Shown: one piece after another, positions 17,844 to 28,244 of the stretch
Layout: each line of letters starts with the position of its first letter
How positions within the stretch are numbered: position 1 is the stretch's first letter
Assembly: GCA_963835065.1 (NCBI GenBank)
Contig: CAWIEK010000037.1
Coordinates: 160,001 to 224,000 of the forward strand
Origin: an uncultured Chthonomonadaceae bacterium
GTDB taxonomy: Bacteria > Armatimonadota > Chthonomonadetes > Chthonomonadales > Chthonomonadaceae
Direction: 5' to 3'
Length of the DNA stretch: 64,000 bases
Notes under the pieces: generated by a model
Seen by the model: the letters and a program-made list of their open reading frames with translations, nothing else
Told to the model about the DNA's origin: nothing
Database searches by the model: none
Made by a program: the position numbers and the translations under genes

Positions 17844-20791
17844 ATGTACTTTCCGGGCATGGAAACGTTGGTCGGCGTCGGCATGGGCGTCCTGGGGAAC
17901 AAGGCGACGGACCTGTACAACAGGGCAGTGGGACAGGTCATGCCGGCGCACAATGGAGATTTACAGCTTGCCGTCGCTGTCGCCATGTCACGCGCTGCCG
18001 AACATCTGTATGCCGGGGAGGGGCAGGCCGAAGACGCAGGGGCGCAGGCGAAGCGCCGCGTGTGGAAGACCTTGCAATCGGAAGCCAAAGACTGGTTTGT
18101 CACACGCCCCAATGACGCAACCGGCGCGATTGTCACCGCGCTGGTTTTCGCCGATGGGCAGGAATTGTCTGCGGCGCTGGATGCCCTGCTGAACCGCGCC
18201 GACGATTTGAGTCAGGCTGAGAGCCTGCGCGTACCGCTTGCCGATGGATTGGAGGACGCGGCGCGAAAAGATGTTGTTTCGCGGCTGGGGGTGGAACTGG
18301 CCGAAATGTTCCGGGAGGTCATCAAGGAAGACCCGCACAACAAAGGCTTCAAGGCGTTTCAGCGCGATCTGGCGCAGGCCACGTATCAGGAAGTGCATGG
18401 GCTGGCTGCTTTTGTCTCACAGCTTTCCCTGCAACAGCAGCAGCAAGTGGCGGATATTTTGCAGCGTCTGGAAACCATCGCCAAACCCAACAGCGAACCG
18501 CCCGATGCCGGCGCGGTTTTCCTGATCTGGCGAATACCCTGCGCGTGGAAGCGGAAGCAACGCGCGAAGTGGTACGCGCAGAATCGGAGCAAACGCGCAA
18601 GGCTATAGAAGACGCCAACACGCAAACGCAGCCGAAGCTGGATAGGATGCTGCAACTCGCAGAGAACCTGAAGCCGTATGCGCCCGATGCGCCTCCTCTC
18701 AACAGCAACCTGCCCGCCCGCAACGAGTGCTTTACCGCCCGCGAAAACGAACTGACAGCGATAGCGCGGGCGTTTGAAACGCGCCGCTGCGTCGCCCTCG
18801 TGGGGCAGGGCGGCGTCGGAAAAAGCGAACTGGCGCTGGAATACGCCCACTGCAGCCGCCATCTGGAAACGCAGCCGACGTACCGCATCATCGCGGAAAC
18901 CGGTGCGGAGTTCGCTTCCAACCTTGCCGACATTGCCCGCCTGCGCCGTTTCCCGCTTCCGCCCGACGCCAAACAGCCGGAACTGCTTGCCGCCGTGTAC
19001 GCCTGGCTCCGAATGACGGACGACTGGCTGCTCATACTGGACAACGCTGACGATCCCGCCATAATTGCCGACCTGCTGCGCCTGCCCCTGCGCGGACACG
19101 TCCTGCTGACGATGCAGCCCACGCCGAACAACGCGCTTGTCCACCCGTTGCCCGTAGAAACCCTTTCGCCCCCGGACAGCGCCCGCCTGCTGCTAATCCG
19201 CGCCGGACGCTTGCCCACCGACAGCCTGCTTCCCGATGCGCAGCGCCACCCCGAATACCCGGACGCGCTGGAATTGGGCGCGGAACTGGACGGCCTGCCG
19301 CTCGCCATAGATCATGCCGCCGCCTACATCGCGTCCCCGCCCGGCATCACGGTGCGCGGCTATCTGGATCGGTATCGCAGGTCGGGCAGCAGGGTATTGC
19401 ACAAAGACTTCCCCGATGCCCTTCGCCCCCATGCTTCCGTGTACCGAACCGTCGAAATCGCGCTGGAACGTACCGCCAACAATCCGACGGCTCTGGATGT
19501 GCTGTACGCCTGCGCGTTTCTGGCTCCCGACGCCATTCCCGCGTTTCTGCTGCAATCCAACGCCGCCCTGCTTGGTGACGCTCTGAAACCGGCAACGGAG
19601 GACGAGGAAGCGTGGGACGAAGCCATACAGGGCGCGTGTCGTTACGGATTGCTGGCACCCGACGGCTACGAACCCGACGGACAGGTTTTTTCGTTCGCCA
19701 TGCACCGTGTCACGCAGCGCGTCCTGCGCGACATGCTGGATGGGGAGAAACGCCATGACCTCGCCGCCCGCGTGGTACAGGCGGTAAACGCTGTCTTTCC
19801 TGAACCAGAACTGAATACCTGGCCGCTTTGCAGTGTTCTGACGCCTCACGCGCAGTCCTGCTCCACCCACATCCAAACGGAGGGCATTCAAACGCCTGAA
19901 GCGTCGAGATTGCTTAACCAGACAGCATCCTATTTGTACAATATAGCTCTATACTCCGACATCGAACCCTTGTTAATGCAGGCGTTGAACATTCGGCGTA
20001 AAACGTTGCCGGACGACCACCCTGATCTTGCCGAAAGCCTCAACAATCTGGCTGGGTTGTACTATGCTCAAAGCCGCTATGCCGACGCCGAACCCTTGTT
20101 AGTGCAGGCATTGGACATGCACCGTCAAGCCTATGGCGAACAGCATCCGCGTGTTGCCACCAGCCTCAACAATCTGGCTGGGTTGTACTATGCTCAAATC
20201 CGCTATGCTGACACTGAACCCTTGTTAGTGCAGGCGTTGAACATTCAGCGTAAAACGTTGCCGGACGGCCATCCTGACATTGCCCGAAGCCTCAACAATC
20301 TGGCGGTGTTGCACAGGTCGCAAGGCCGCTACGCTGAGGCGGAACTGATGTACAAACAGGCCTTGAACATTCGGCGCACCGCGTTGCCGGACGGCCACCC
20401 TGATATTGCCGAAAGCCTCGATAATCTCGCGGGGCTGCATGGGTCGCAAGGCCGTTATGCTGAGGCTGAAATGCTGTATAAACAGGCATTGGGCATTCGG
20501 CGCACCGGGTGGCCGAACGGCCACCCTGATCTTGCCCAAAGCCTCAGCAATCTGGCGACGTTGTACTATGCTCAAAGCCGCTATGCCGAGGCCGAACCGC
20601 TGTACATACAGGCATTGGACATTCTCGTTGGCAGTTTAGGGCCGCGTCACCCGAACACGGCTACAGTTCTCGACAACTTTCTGAGGATGCTTATCAATCA
20701 GGAACGCACAGAGGATGCCGGAGCCTTTTTAGTCTCAAAGCCGGAACTTCAAGAAACGTATGCTCTCCTGCTTGCGCGACAATCGGCGTAG
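17844..20791 (+). CDS. STAND/NB-ARC ATPase with TPR repeats (NLR-like); frameshift near 18530
   Basis: Walker A GQGGVGKS, Walker B WLLILDNAD, GLPLA, MHRV; about six 42-aa TPRs (HPDLAESLNNLAGLY). Confidence 0.85.
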
Positions 20792-21055
20792 CGTCGGCGC
20801 GTTCTCCCGTCCAGCCTGAATTTCTGGCGTCGGTATCCGGCATATAAAATACCGGATAGCCAGGCGTTCCGCCGATTGGATGAAGGTTGTAAGAGGCTGC
20901 AAAAGGTTAAGGTCCCGAACTTGGTACATCACGGCGTAAATACACCAGTAGTTTTTTCGTCCGCAGGACGATTGGCCGTTGGCTTAACTACCGTTATTTT
21001 ATACGCTTGCTGTGAACTACTGGCCGGGTACTGAAATTACCCGGCAGGAAAGTAC

Positions 21056-21116
21056 AAGCGTCTTTCAGACGCGGCATTCTTAATGCAGAGAATCGCGTCT
21101 GAAAGACGCTTTTTTT
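21056..21116 (+). terminator. Intrinsic terminator-like hairpin
   Basis: 18-bp stem aagcgtctttcagacgcg / cgcgtctgaaagacgctt followed by a T-run. Confidence 0.7.
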
Positions 21117-21180
21117 GTTGCAGGGGTACTGAAAGTCACCCGGCAAGCAGACGCCGCAGTGTACCGGCAAAAATAATCCC

Positions 21181-21430
21181 GAAAAAACAGAAAAAAAGAG
21201 CAAAATAACCCGAAAACAGCGAACCTTTTGCCCCACATACCCTGTCTATAGTGTACATGCGTCTATTACTTAGCAAAGGAGGTGCAAGCTTATGTTTCAC
21301 CCCTCCCGTTCGCCCTGACGCTTACGAGGTCACGACGCCTCATCTCAATACAATCTGACACAACGAGACATCGGGCTGGAAGCGCTGTATTGCCAAGATT
21401 TCGACGATGCCTCTACATACCCTTTTTTCA
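21181..21430 (+). ncRNA. Putative structured small RNA / leader with 8-codon ORF, copy 1
   Basis: Homologous to 45120..45400 (inverted); 65-nt identical core 21355-21419; A-tracts, GAACC..GTCTA, GGAGGTG, MFHPSRSP*, terminal T-run. Confidence 0.6.
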
Positions 21431-21525
21431 CAGTCGGCTTTGCGGCAACGCTCACGCGGCGATTTGCGTATGAATCCATACGTAACCCAGACTTTCCCTG
21501 CCCATGACAAGGAGTACCTGCCGCG

Positions 21526-22200
21526 ATGGTCGCCCCGACTGCCTTAGAAGACGCCGTTGAGTTTGCCGAAAATCCCGAACCCCGCTGCCCCTGCGTCCTG
21601 CTGCTGGACACGTCCGGCTCCATGAACGGCGCTCCGCTGCAAGCCCTCAATGCCGGGCTGCAATCCTTCAAAACGGAAATCGTCAAGGACAATCTCGCCT
21701 CGCGCCGCGTGGAAATCGCCGTCGTCACCTTCAACAACGAGATCGCCGTCGAGCAGGATTTTGTCACCGCCGACCAGTTCGCGCCGCCCACGCTGACGGC
21801 GCGGGGCATGACCCACATGGGCGCGGCCATCAACAAGGCGCTGGATATGGTGCAGGCGCGTAAAACGCAGTACCGCGCCAATGGCGTCGCGTACTACCGC
21901 CCCTGGGTGTTCCTGATTACGGACGGCGCTCCGCAGGGCGAACCCGAAGATTTGGTCACGCAGGCCGCGCAGCGCATCAAGGCGGACGAAGCCGCCAAGC
22001 GCGTCGCCTTTTTCGCGGTGGGCGTGGAAAACGCGGACATGGATCGCCTCGCCCAACTCGCCGTCCGCGCCCCCGTCAAGTTGAAAGGGCTGAACTTCGT
22101 CGAGATGTTCGTGTGGCTGTCCGCCAGTATGCAGAAAATCTCGCAGTCACAGGTAGACGAGCAAGTGGCGCTTCCCCCGCCCGGATGGGGAACCGTTTAG
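21526..22200 (+). CDS. TerY-like vWA domain protein
   Basis: ENPEPRCPCVLLLDTSGSM (MIDAS), YYRPWVFLITDGAP, FVWLSASM, LPPPGW. Confidence 0.9.
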   Translation: MVAPTALEDAVEFAENPEPRCPCVLLLDTSGSMNGAPLQALNAGLQSFKTEIVKDNLASRRVEIAVVTFNNEIAVEQDFVTADQFAPPTLTARGMTHMGAAINKALDMVQARKTQYRANGVAYYRPWVFLITDGAPQGEPEDLVTQAAQRIKADEAAKRVAFFAVGVENADMDRLAQLAVRAPVKLKGLNFVEMFVWLSASMQKISQSQVDEQVALPPPGWGTV

Positions 22201-22306
22201 GAATTTTCGATTTTCGATTGCCGATTGTTAAGGAAAGCGCCTCCTGCAATCATGGTAATCATCATAATCCTGAAAATCATGGTTCAAGACAAACACAGGA
22301 GCCGCT

Positions 22307-23110
22307 TTGAACAGCAGTAACTCCCAACCCGCAATCGAAAATCGAAAATCGAAAATCGAAAATTGGCGCGTTGTGGCGGCATCCGTAACGGGCGTGAGCC
22401 ATGAAAAAGCCAATCTGCCGTGTCAGGACGCCCACGCCTTTCGGCAGTTGTCCAACTCGGTTTTGATTTGCGCGGTTGCGGATGGAGCCGGGTCTGCCGC
22501 CCTCTCGGAAATCGGTTCGCGCATCGCCGTACAGGTGAGCGTGGAAACGCTGGAACGCCGTATCCAGAGCGCTTCGGCAGCCGGCGCAAACATCGAAAGC
22601 GCGGATTTGCAGGCCGCTTTACGCGCTGTTCAGCAGGCATTGGAAACCGAAGCCGAAACGCGCCGCGAACCCCTGCGCGAATTTGCCACCACGCTGCTGC
22701 TCGTGGTTGTATATTCGGATCAAATCGCCGCGCTGCAAGTGGGGGATGGCGCGGTTGTGGCGCAGAACGCGGCAAAAGAATTAGTTGCCATCACCGTTCC
22801 GCCGGACGCCGAGTACGCCAACGCGACCACTTTTGTCACCTCGCCGGACGCCCTCGAATCCGCGCAAATCGTCATACAAACCCTGCCCTTAACCGGCCTT
22901 GCCATGTTTTCGGACGGCCTACAGCGTTTGGCGCTGAAACTGCCCGAAGGCACACCCCACGCGCCCTTTTTTACGCCCCTGTTCCGCTTCGCCCACCAAA
23001 TGGAAGACGCGCAGCAGGGCACACAACAATTAACGGCCTTCCTGCGCTCACCCCGCATCACCGAACGCGCCGATGATGATTTGACGTTGCTTTTAGCAGT
23101 AAGGCATTAG
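22307..23110 (+). CDS. PP2C-like Ser/Thr phosphatase of the TerY-P triad
   Basis: WRVVAASVTGVSH...PCQDA, AVADGAGSA, VGDG, EYANATTF, FSDGL, DDDLTL. Confidence 0.9.
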   Translation: MNSSNSQPAIENRKSKIENWRVVAASVTGVSHEKANLPCQDAHAFRQLSNSVLICAVADGAGSAALSEIGSRIAVQVSVETLERRIQSASAAGANIESADLQAALRAVQQALETEAETRREPLREFATTLLLVVVYSDQIAALQVGDGAVVAQNAAKELVAITVPPDAEYANATTFVTSPDALESAQIVIQTLPLTGLAMFSDGLQRLALKLPEGTPHAPFFTPLFRFAHQMEDAQQGTQQLTAFLRSPRITERADDDLTLLLAVRH

Positions 23111-23227
23111 GCATCAGGCATTAGATATTAGTGACTGTCCAGTAAATTAAAAAATGGCGCAGAAACGCTGCCCGGTTCATCTAATACCATCCTAATGCCT
23201 AATGCCTAATGCCTAATATCTAACCCT

Positions 23228-25677
23228 ATGCGTTACCTGCGCCAATCCAACAATCAGCGCGTGATCGTGCCCGACGCGGCTCCTTTGGGAGTGGGCGGCG
23301 AGGCGAAGGTTTTTGCCGCGTCTGCCGATGGACGGCTGGCCGCCAAAATCTATCATCGGCCTACGGACGCGCAGGCGCGTAAACTGGCTGCCATGCTTGC
23401 CAACCCGCCCGACGATCCGATGTCGGCGCAGGAGCATATTTCCATTGCGTGGCCGCTGGACTCTATTGCGCAAGATGTACGGCGATCAGGGGTTTGCGGG
23501 GTTTCTGATGCCGCGTGTGTCCGGGATGCGCCCCCTGTTCAACGTGTACAACCCCGTCACCCGGCGGCAGGAACTTCCGCTTTTCAATTACCTCTACCTG
23601 CACCGCGCCGCCCGCAACGTGAGCAGCGCGGTTCGCGCCCTGCACAATCGCGGCTACGTTATCGGCGACATCAACGAGTCGAACCTGCTTGTCACGGAAA
23701 CCGCGCTCGTCACCCTGGTGGATACCGATTCGTTTCAGGTGCGCGACCCGCAGACCGGAACCGTGTACCGCTGTCCCGTCGGCAAGCCGGAATTTACGCC
23801 CCCGGAGCATCAGGGCAAGAACTTTCGGCAAGTGACTGCGTACGGAAGCAAGTGACCGCTTCGGCCTTGCCGTGCTGATTTTCCAGCTGCTGATGGAGGG
23901 CGCGCACCCGTTTTCCGGCGTGTATCAGGGCGAGGACGACCCGCCACCCTACGAAACCCGCATCCAAAACGGGCATTACACGTATGGAACGCGCCCGACG
24001 CCGTTCACGCCCATGCCGCTTGCCCCGCCCATAGACATGCTGCATCCCACCTTACGCGCCCTGTTCACGCGCTGTTTTGAGGAGGGACACGCCAACCCCG
24101 ACCTGCGCCCTGACGCCGCAACGTGGGCAAACGCGCTGATGCAGGCCGAAGAAGCCCTGATAACATGCGCCCTCAACGCGCAGCACCGTTACGGCAAGCA
24201 TCTCGCGGCCTGCCCCTGGTGCGAGCGCAAAGAGAAATTGGGCGGGCGCGACCCTTTCCCGCTCCAATCCGCCCAACCCTACGTCCGCCCCGGACGCGAC
24301 ATCCGCCGCATCGAGCCACAGCCGGTTTACCACGCTTCCGGTTCTATAACCTTAACCACGCCGCGCCACACGCCAACCGTAATACGCCTATCGCCGCTTG
24401 CCCCGGCCACCAGCCACCAGCCACCAGCCACCAACCTCCCCAACTGGCCCCTCGCGCCAAGCGTTCACACCTCTGCCGCCGTTGGAAATGGAAGTTTCGT
24501 GTTGCCGGCCATTCCGCCGTATCCCGCCGCAACATGGACGGCGCTTAGTTTTCTGATTTTAGCGCTGATGGTTCCCGGCTTTCATCTGTTCTTCGGCGTT
24601 TGCACATTGATTGCCGCCCTGATCGGCTGGTACAGCGGCAAGGCCGGGCGCTGGCTGGCCCTGAGCGCGGGGATTACAGGCAGCATCGTGTCGTTGATTA
24701 TTCTGGCGGGCGCGGCAAACCGCTCGTTCGTGGCGGCGGATTTGCGCACCCTTGAGGAAAAGGGACCCGTCCGCTCCGTGACGTTTTCGCCGGATAGCCG
24801 AACGGTTGCGGTCGGCACGGAACGGAATGAAGATCAGCGCTTGATCAACGGCGAAGCGGCTCTGTTCGATGTGCAGACGGGCGACATCACGCGCCGCTTT
24901 GTGCAGAATATGGGTCCTTCCAACATCGCGTCCGTTGCCTTTTCTCCCGATGGGCGCTTGTTCGCGGCGGGAACAAGCGCGGTGCTGGAACCGGGAACGG
25001 TGCGCCTGTGGGATACGCGCTCGTGGCGATTGCGGCAGGTGTTTACGGGTTTCAAAAGCGATGTGGACAGCGTGGCCTTTACGCCTGACAGCCTGCGCAT
25101 GGTTACAGGCAGCCGCGACAAAACCGTAGAAATATGGGATGTGGAAACGGGCGCGGCCTTGCGCCTTCTGGACGCGCCGGGGGAAGTGTACGGAATTGCC
25201 GTGTCGCCGGATGGCGCATTAATCGCGGCGGGCAGTGGCTCATCGGGGTCGGGCGAACCGGGGCGCGTAAGCGTATGGGACGCGCGCACGGGAACCCTGC
25301 TCTGGTCGCGCAAGGGACACAGCGAGCGCTGCCAGTCCGTCGCCTTTTCTCCCGACGGCAACCGCCTTGCCAGCGCCGGCAATGACAACACCATTCGGCT
25401 TTGGAACCCGCGCACGGGCAATCTGGAGAAAATGCTGGAAGCAAAGGGTATTCTAATGGTCAACGGCGTGGCGTTTTCCCCTGACGGCTCGAAAGTGGCG
25501 TGTGGCGGCAGCGACGGAGCCGCCCGCCTGTGGGACATTGCCAGTTCCAGCATCGTGCATACGTTTCCCGGAGCGGAAGCCAACGTGGAAACCATCGCCT
25601 TCGCGCCCGACGGCAAAATGCTGGCCTGCGGCGACCGCAACGGCGTCATCAACTTGTGGCGCATACATGATAAATGA
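23228..25677 (+). CDS. TerY-P Ser/Thr kinase with Zn-ribbon, TM helices and WD40 propeller (frameshifts near 23470 and 23850)
   Basis: LGVGGEAKV, AKIYH, IGDINESNLLV, VDTDSFQ, GKPEFTPPE, FQLLMEGAHPF, C..H...CPWC, hydrophobic helices, about seven SVAFSPDG..WD repeats. Confidence 0.85.
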
Positions 25678-25678
25678 G

Positions 25679-25810
25679 GATGTTCAGGTGTTCAGGTGTT
25701 CGGGTATTCAGGAGTTTTGACACTTGCAACCATCAGTGCTAAACTACCGCAACCTTTTATCTGTCAGCCCAAACACCCAAACACCTGAACACCTGAACAC
25801 CTGAACACCG
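25679..25810. repeat. Inverted octamer arrays (gtgttcag) flanking a sigma70 promoter
   Basis: tgttcaggtgttcaggtgttcggg ... ccaaacacctgaacacctgaacacc; TTGACA-N17-TAAACT at 25717-25745. Confidence 0.75.
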
Positions 25811-25834
25811 TTGCATCCAAAGGAGCCTGAAACC

Positions 25835-26662
25835 GTGAAAATTGGAATCAATCGCTGGACACTGCCTTCACACCTGCCGCTTTCCGAGTGCTTTACCCTT
25901 GTCAAGCAGGCGGGGTTTGACAGCATCGAAATCAACATTGCCGAAGACGGCGAACTCACGGCGGAAACCAGTGAGCAGGACGTGAAGGCGTTGGTGGCGG
26001 CGGCGAACGACATCGGGCTGGAACTGTCGAGCCTGTCTACCGGGCTGGGCTGGAAGTACCTGATTACCTCACCGGACGAAGCCATACGCCGCAAAGGGGT
26101 GGAGACTATTCGCGCTTCCCTGCAAGCCGCGAAATGGATGGGCGTGGATACCATTTTGGTTGTGCCGGGAATTGTCAGCGATACGATTGCTTACGACGAG
26201 GCTTACGAGCGGGCGCAAACCGCGCTGAAAGAACTGGCTCCCGCCGCGCAGGAATTGGGCGTTGCGATAGGCGTGGAAAACGTCTGGAACAAGTTCCTGC
26301 TGTCGCCCTTGGAATTCGCCCGCTTCATTGACGAAATCAATGGGGCGGCGGGAACCAGCAGCATCGGCGCGTACTTCGATGTCGGCAACATCCTGCAATA
26401 TGGCTATCCAGACCAGTGGATACGCATTTTGGGCAAGCGCATCAAGAAGGTTCACGTCAAGGACTTCAAATCAGGCATCGGCAACGGACGCGCGTTCTGC
26501 AATCCCTTGCAAGGCGACGTTCCCTGGGCGCGAGTCAAAACCGCGCTGGAAGCCATCGGCTACGACGAGTATATCACGGCGGAAGTGGAAGGCTATAAAA
26601 CGGAATTTGAAGTGGGCTTGAAGCACATTCAGGAATCGCTGCGGACGGTATTCGGCAAATGA
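25835..26662 (+). CDS. Sugar phosphate isomerase/epimerase (xylose isomerase-like TIM barrel)
   Basis: GFDSIEI, IGVENVWNKFLLSPLE, YFDVGN, VHVKDF; AAGGAG RBS. Confidence 0.9.
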   Translation: MKIGINRWTLPSHLPLSECFTLVKQAGFDSIEINIAEDGELTAETSEQDVKALVAAANDIGLELSSLSTGLGWKYLITSPDEAIRRKGVETIRASLQAAKWMGVDTILVVPGIVSDTIAYDEAYERAQTALKELAPAAQELGVAIGVENVWNKFLLSPLEFARFIDEINGAAGTSSIGAYFDVGNILQYGYPDQWIRILGKRIKKVHVKDFKSGIGNGRAFCNPLQGDVPWARVKTALEAIGYDEYITAEVEGYKTEFEVGLKHIQESLRTVFGK

Positions 26663-28041
26663 GGATGGGGAACGCGAATGAAGCGGGAAACACGAATAAC
26701 GCCGCGATTACGAACAAAGCGGAAACGTCTCGCCCCCTCATGCCGCGCCTGGGACGTACCGTAATCGCGCTTGGGTTTGTCAGCCTGCTGACGGATATGT
26801 CCAGCGAAATGGCGTACACGCAGGTTCCCATTTTTCTGACGGGCGTATTGGGCGCGTCCGCCGTTTCCGTCGGCCTGATCGAAGGCGTGGCGGAAAGCAC
26901 GGCCAGCCTGCTGCGCCTCGCGTCCGGCTACTGGTCCGACAAAACCGGAAAACGCAAGCCGCTCACCGTACTTGGCTACAGCTTCGGAGCCATCAGTAAG
27001 CCGCTCATGGCACTTGCCTACGTATGGCCGCTCGTTCTGTTACTGCGCTTCGTGGATCGGTTCGGCAAAGGGTTGCGCACCGCCCCCCGTGACGCCCTGA
27101 TTACGGAAACCACGCCCAAAGAACTGCGCGGGCGCGCGTTCGGCCTGCATCGCGCCATGGACACAACGGGCGCGGTACTCGGCCCCCTGTTCGGCCTTGC
27201 TTTTCTCGGCTTCCTCCACCGCTACGCCCACAGCAACGATTTAGCCCACAACCTGCGCCTGCTGTTCGTCTTCGCCGGCATCCCCGGCCTGCTCGCCGTT
27301 CTGACGCTGCTGTTTGCGGTGAAAGAGGAGAAGACAGAAGACAGAAGACAGAAGGCAGAAGGAAATGCTGAACGAGGAATGATGAGTAATGAATTGAATT
27401 CCCATTCATCACTCATCACTCATCACTCATCACCTTCTTCTCCCTCAACCTCCTTCTGGTTCCGCCTGTCCCCAGAGTACCGTCGGTTTCTGCTGGTTAT
27501 TTTCCTGTTCAATTTGGGAAATTCCAGCGATGCGTTTTTGGTGCTGCGGGCGGGAAATTTGGGGTTCACGCCCTCACAGGTTTTATGGCTGTACGCGGCG
27601 TTCAATGTGGTGGAAGCGGTTCTGGGGTATGGCGCGGGTATTCTTTCGGATCGTATCGGGCGGCGTCCGCTGATTATTTCCGGCTATGTGGTTTTCGCGC
27701 TGGTGTATTTAGGCTTCGGACTGGCAAGCAGTAAAACCGCCATTGTTGTTTTGTTTTTGCTGTACGGCCTGTACTACACGCTCACGCAGGGCGTCCAGCG
27801 CGCGTTTGCCGCCGACATGGCCGACCCAAAACAACGCGCTACCCAAATAGGAGCGTACCATACCGTTGTCGGCATCGCCCTGCTGCCCGCCAGCCTGATC
27901 GCCGGAATCCTCTTCGAGCGCAATCCCGCCCTGCCGTTCTTCGTCGGCGCAATCACCGCCTCCTTCAGCGCAGTCTTCTTTGCTGTACAGAGGGGAAGAA
28001 AAGAAGAAAAGAAGAAAAGGAGAAGAGGAGAGGGAAGATAG
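26659..28041 (+). CDS. MFS transporter
   Basis: SGYWSDKTGKRKPL, DRFGKGLRTAPRDAL, LSDRIGRRPL; about 12 TM. Confidence 0.9.
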   Translation: MRMGNANEAGNTNNAAITNKAETSRPLMPRLGRTVIALGFVSLLTDMSSEMAYTQVPIFLTGVLGASAVSVGLIEGVAESTASLLRLASGYWSDKTGKRKPLTVLGYSFGAISKPLMALAYVWPLVLLLRFVDRFGKGLRTAPRDALITETTPKELRGRAFGLHRAMDTTGAVLGPLFGLAFLGFLHRYAHSNDLAHNLRLLFVFAGIPGLLAVLTLLFAVKEEKTEDRRQKAEGNAERGMMSNELNSHSSLITHHSSPSSPSTSFWFRLSPEYRRFLLVIFLFNLGNSSDAFLVLRAGNLGFTPSQVLWLYAAFNVVEAVLGYGAGILSDRIGRRPLIISGYVVFALVYLGFGLASSKTAIVVLFLLYGLYYTLTQGVQRAFAADMADPKQRATQIGAYHTVVGIALLPASLIAGILFERNPALPFFVGAITASFSAVFFAVQRGRKEEKKKRRRGEGR

Positions 28042-28243
28042 AAACCGCGAAACATACGAAATAAACGAAAAAAGAACAAAGGAAAATAGACAGGATTAAC
28101 AACAAGAACAGATTGGCTTTCGATGTTCCTATCCGTGTTCATCCGTTTTGTCCGTGTCATCCGTGGTTTGTTCTTTTGGATTTTCCTTTTTCGTCTTGGT
28201 TCGTGTATTTCGCGGTTTCCCTCTCCTCTTCTCCTTTTCTCCC
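27995..28243. repeat. Nested inverted short-tandem-repeat element between convergent MFS genes
   Basis: gaaaaggagaagaggagagggaa..aaaccgcgaaa mirrored by tttcgcggtttccctctcctcttctccttttc; internal atccgtg 9-mers. Confidence 0.7.
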
Positions 28244-28244
28244 T

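Noticed and set aside
20810..20870. c-di-GMP-I riboswitch suggested by the ccggatagccagg segment
   Set aside because: GGCAAA, GAAA-tetraloop and CGCAAA elements are not present in the required order.
20945..21116. Retron msr-msd
   Set aside because: No reverse transcriptase in the window.
21292..21508. UGA read-through (selenoprotein) of the micro-ORF in the duplicated cassette
   Set aside because: The frames after TGA differ between the two copies because of indels, so no conserved extended protein exists.
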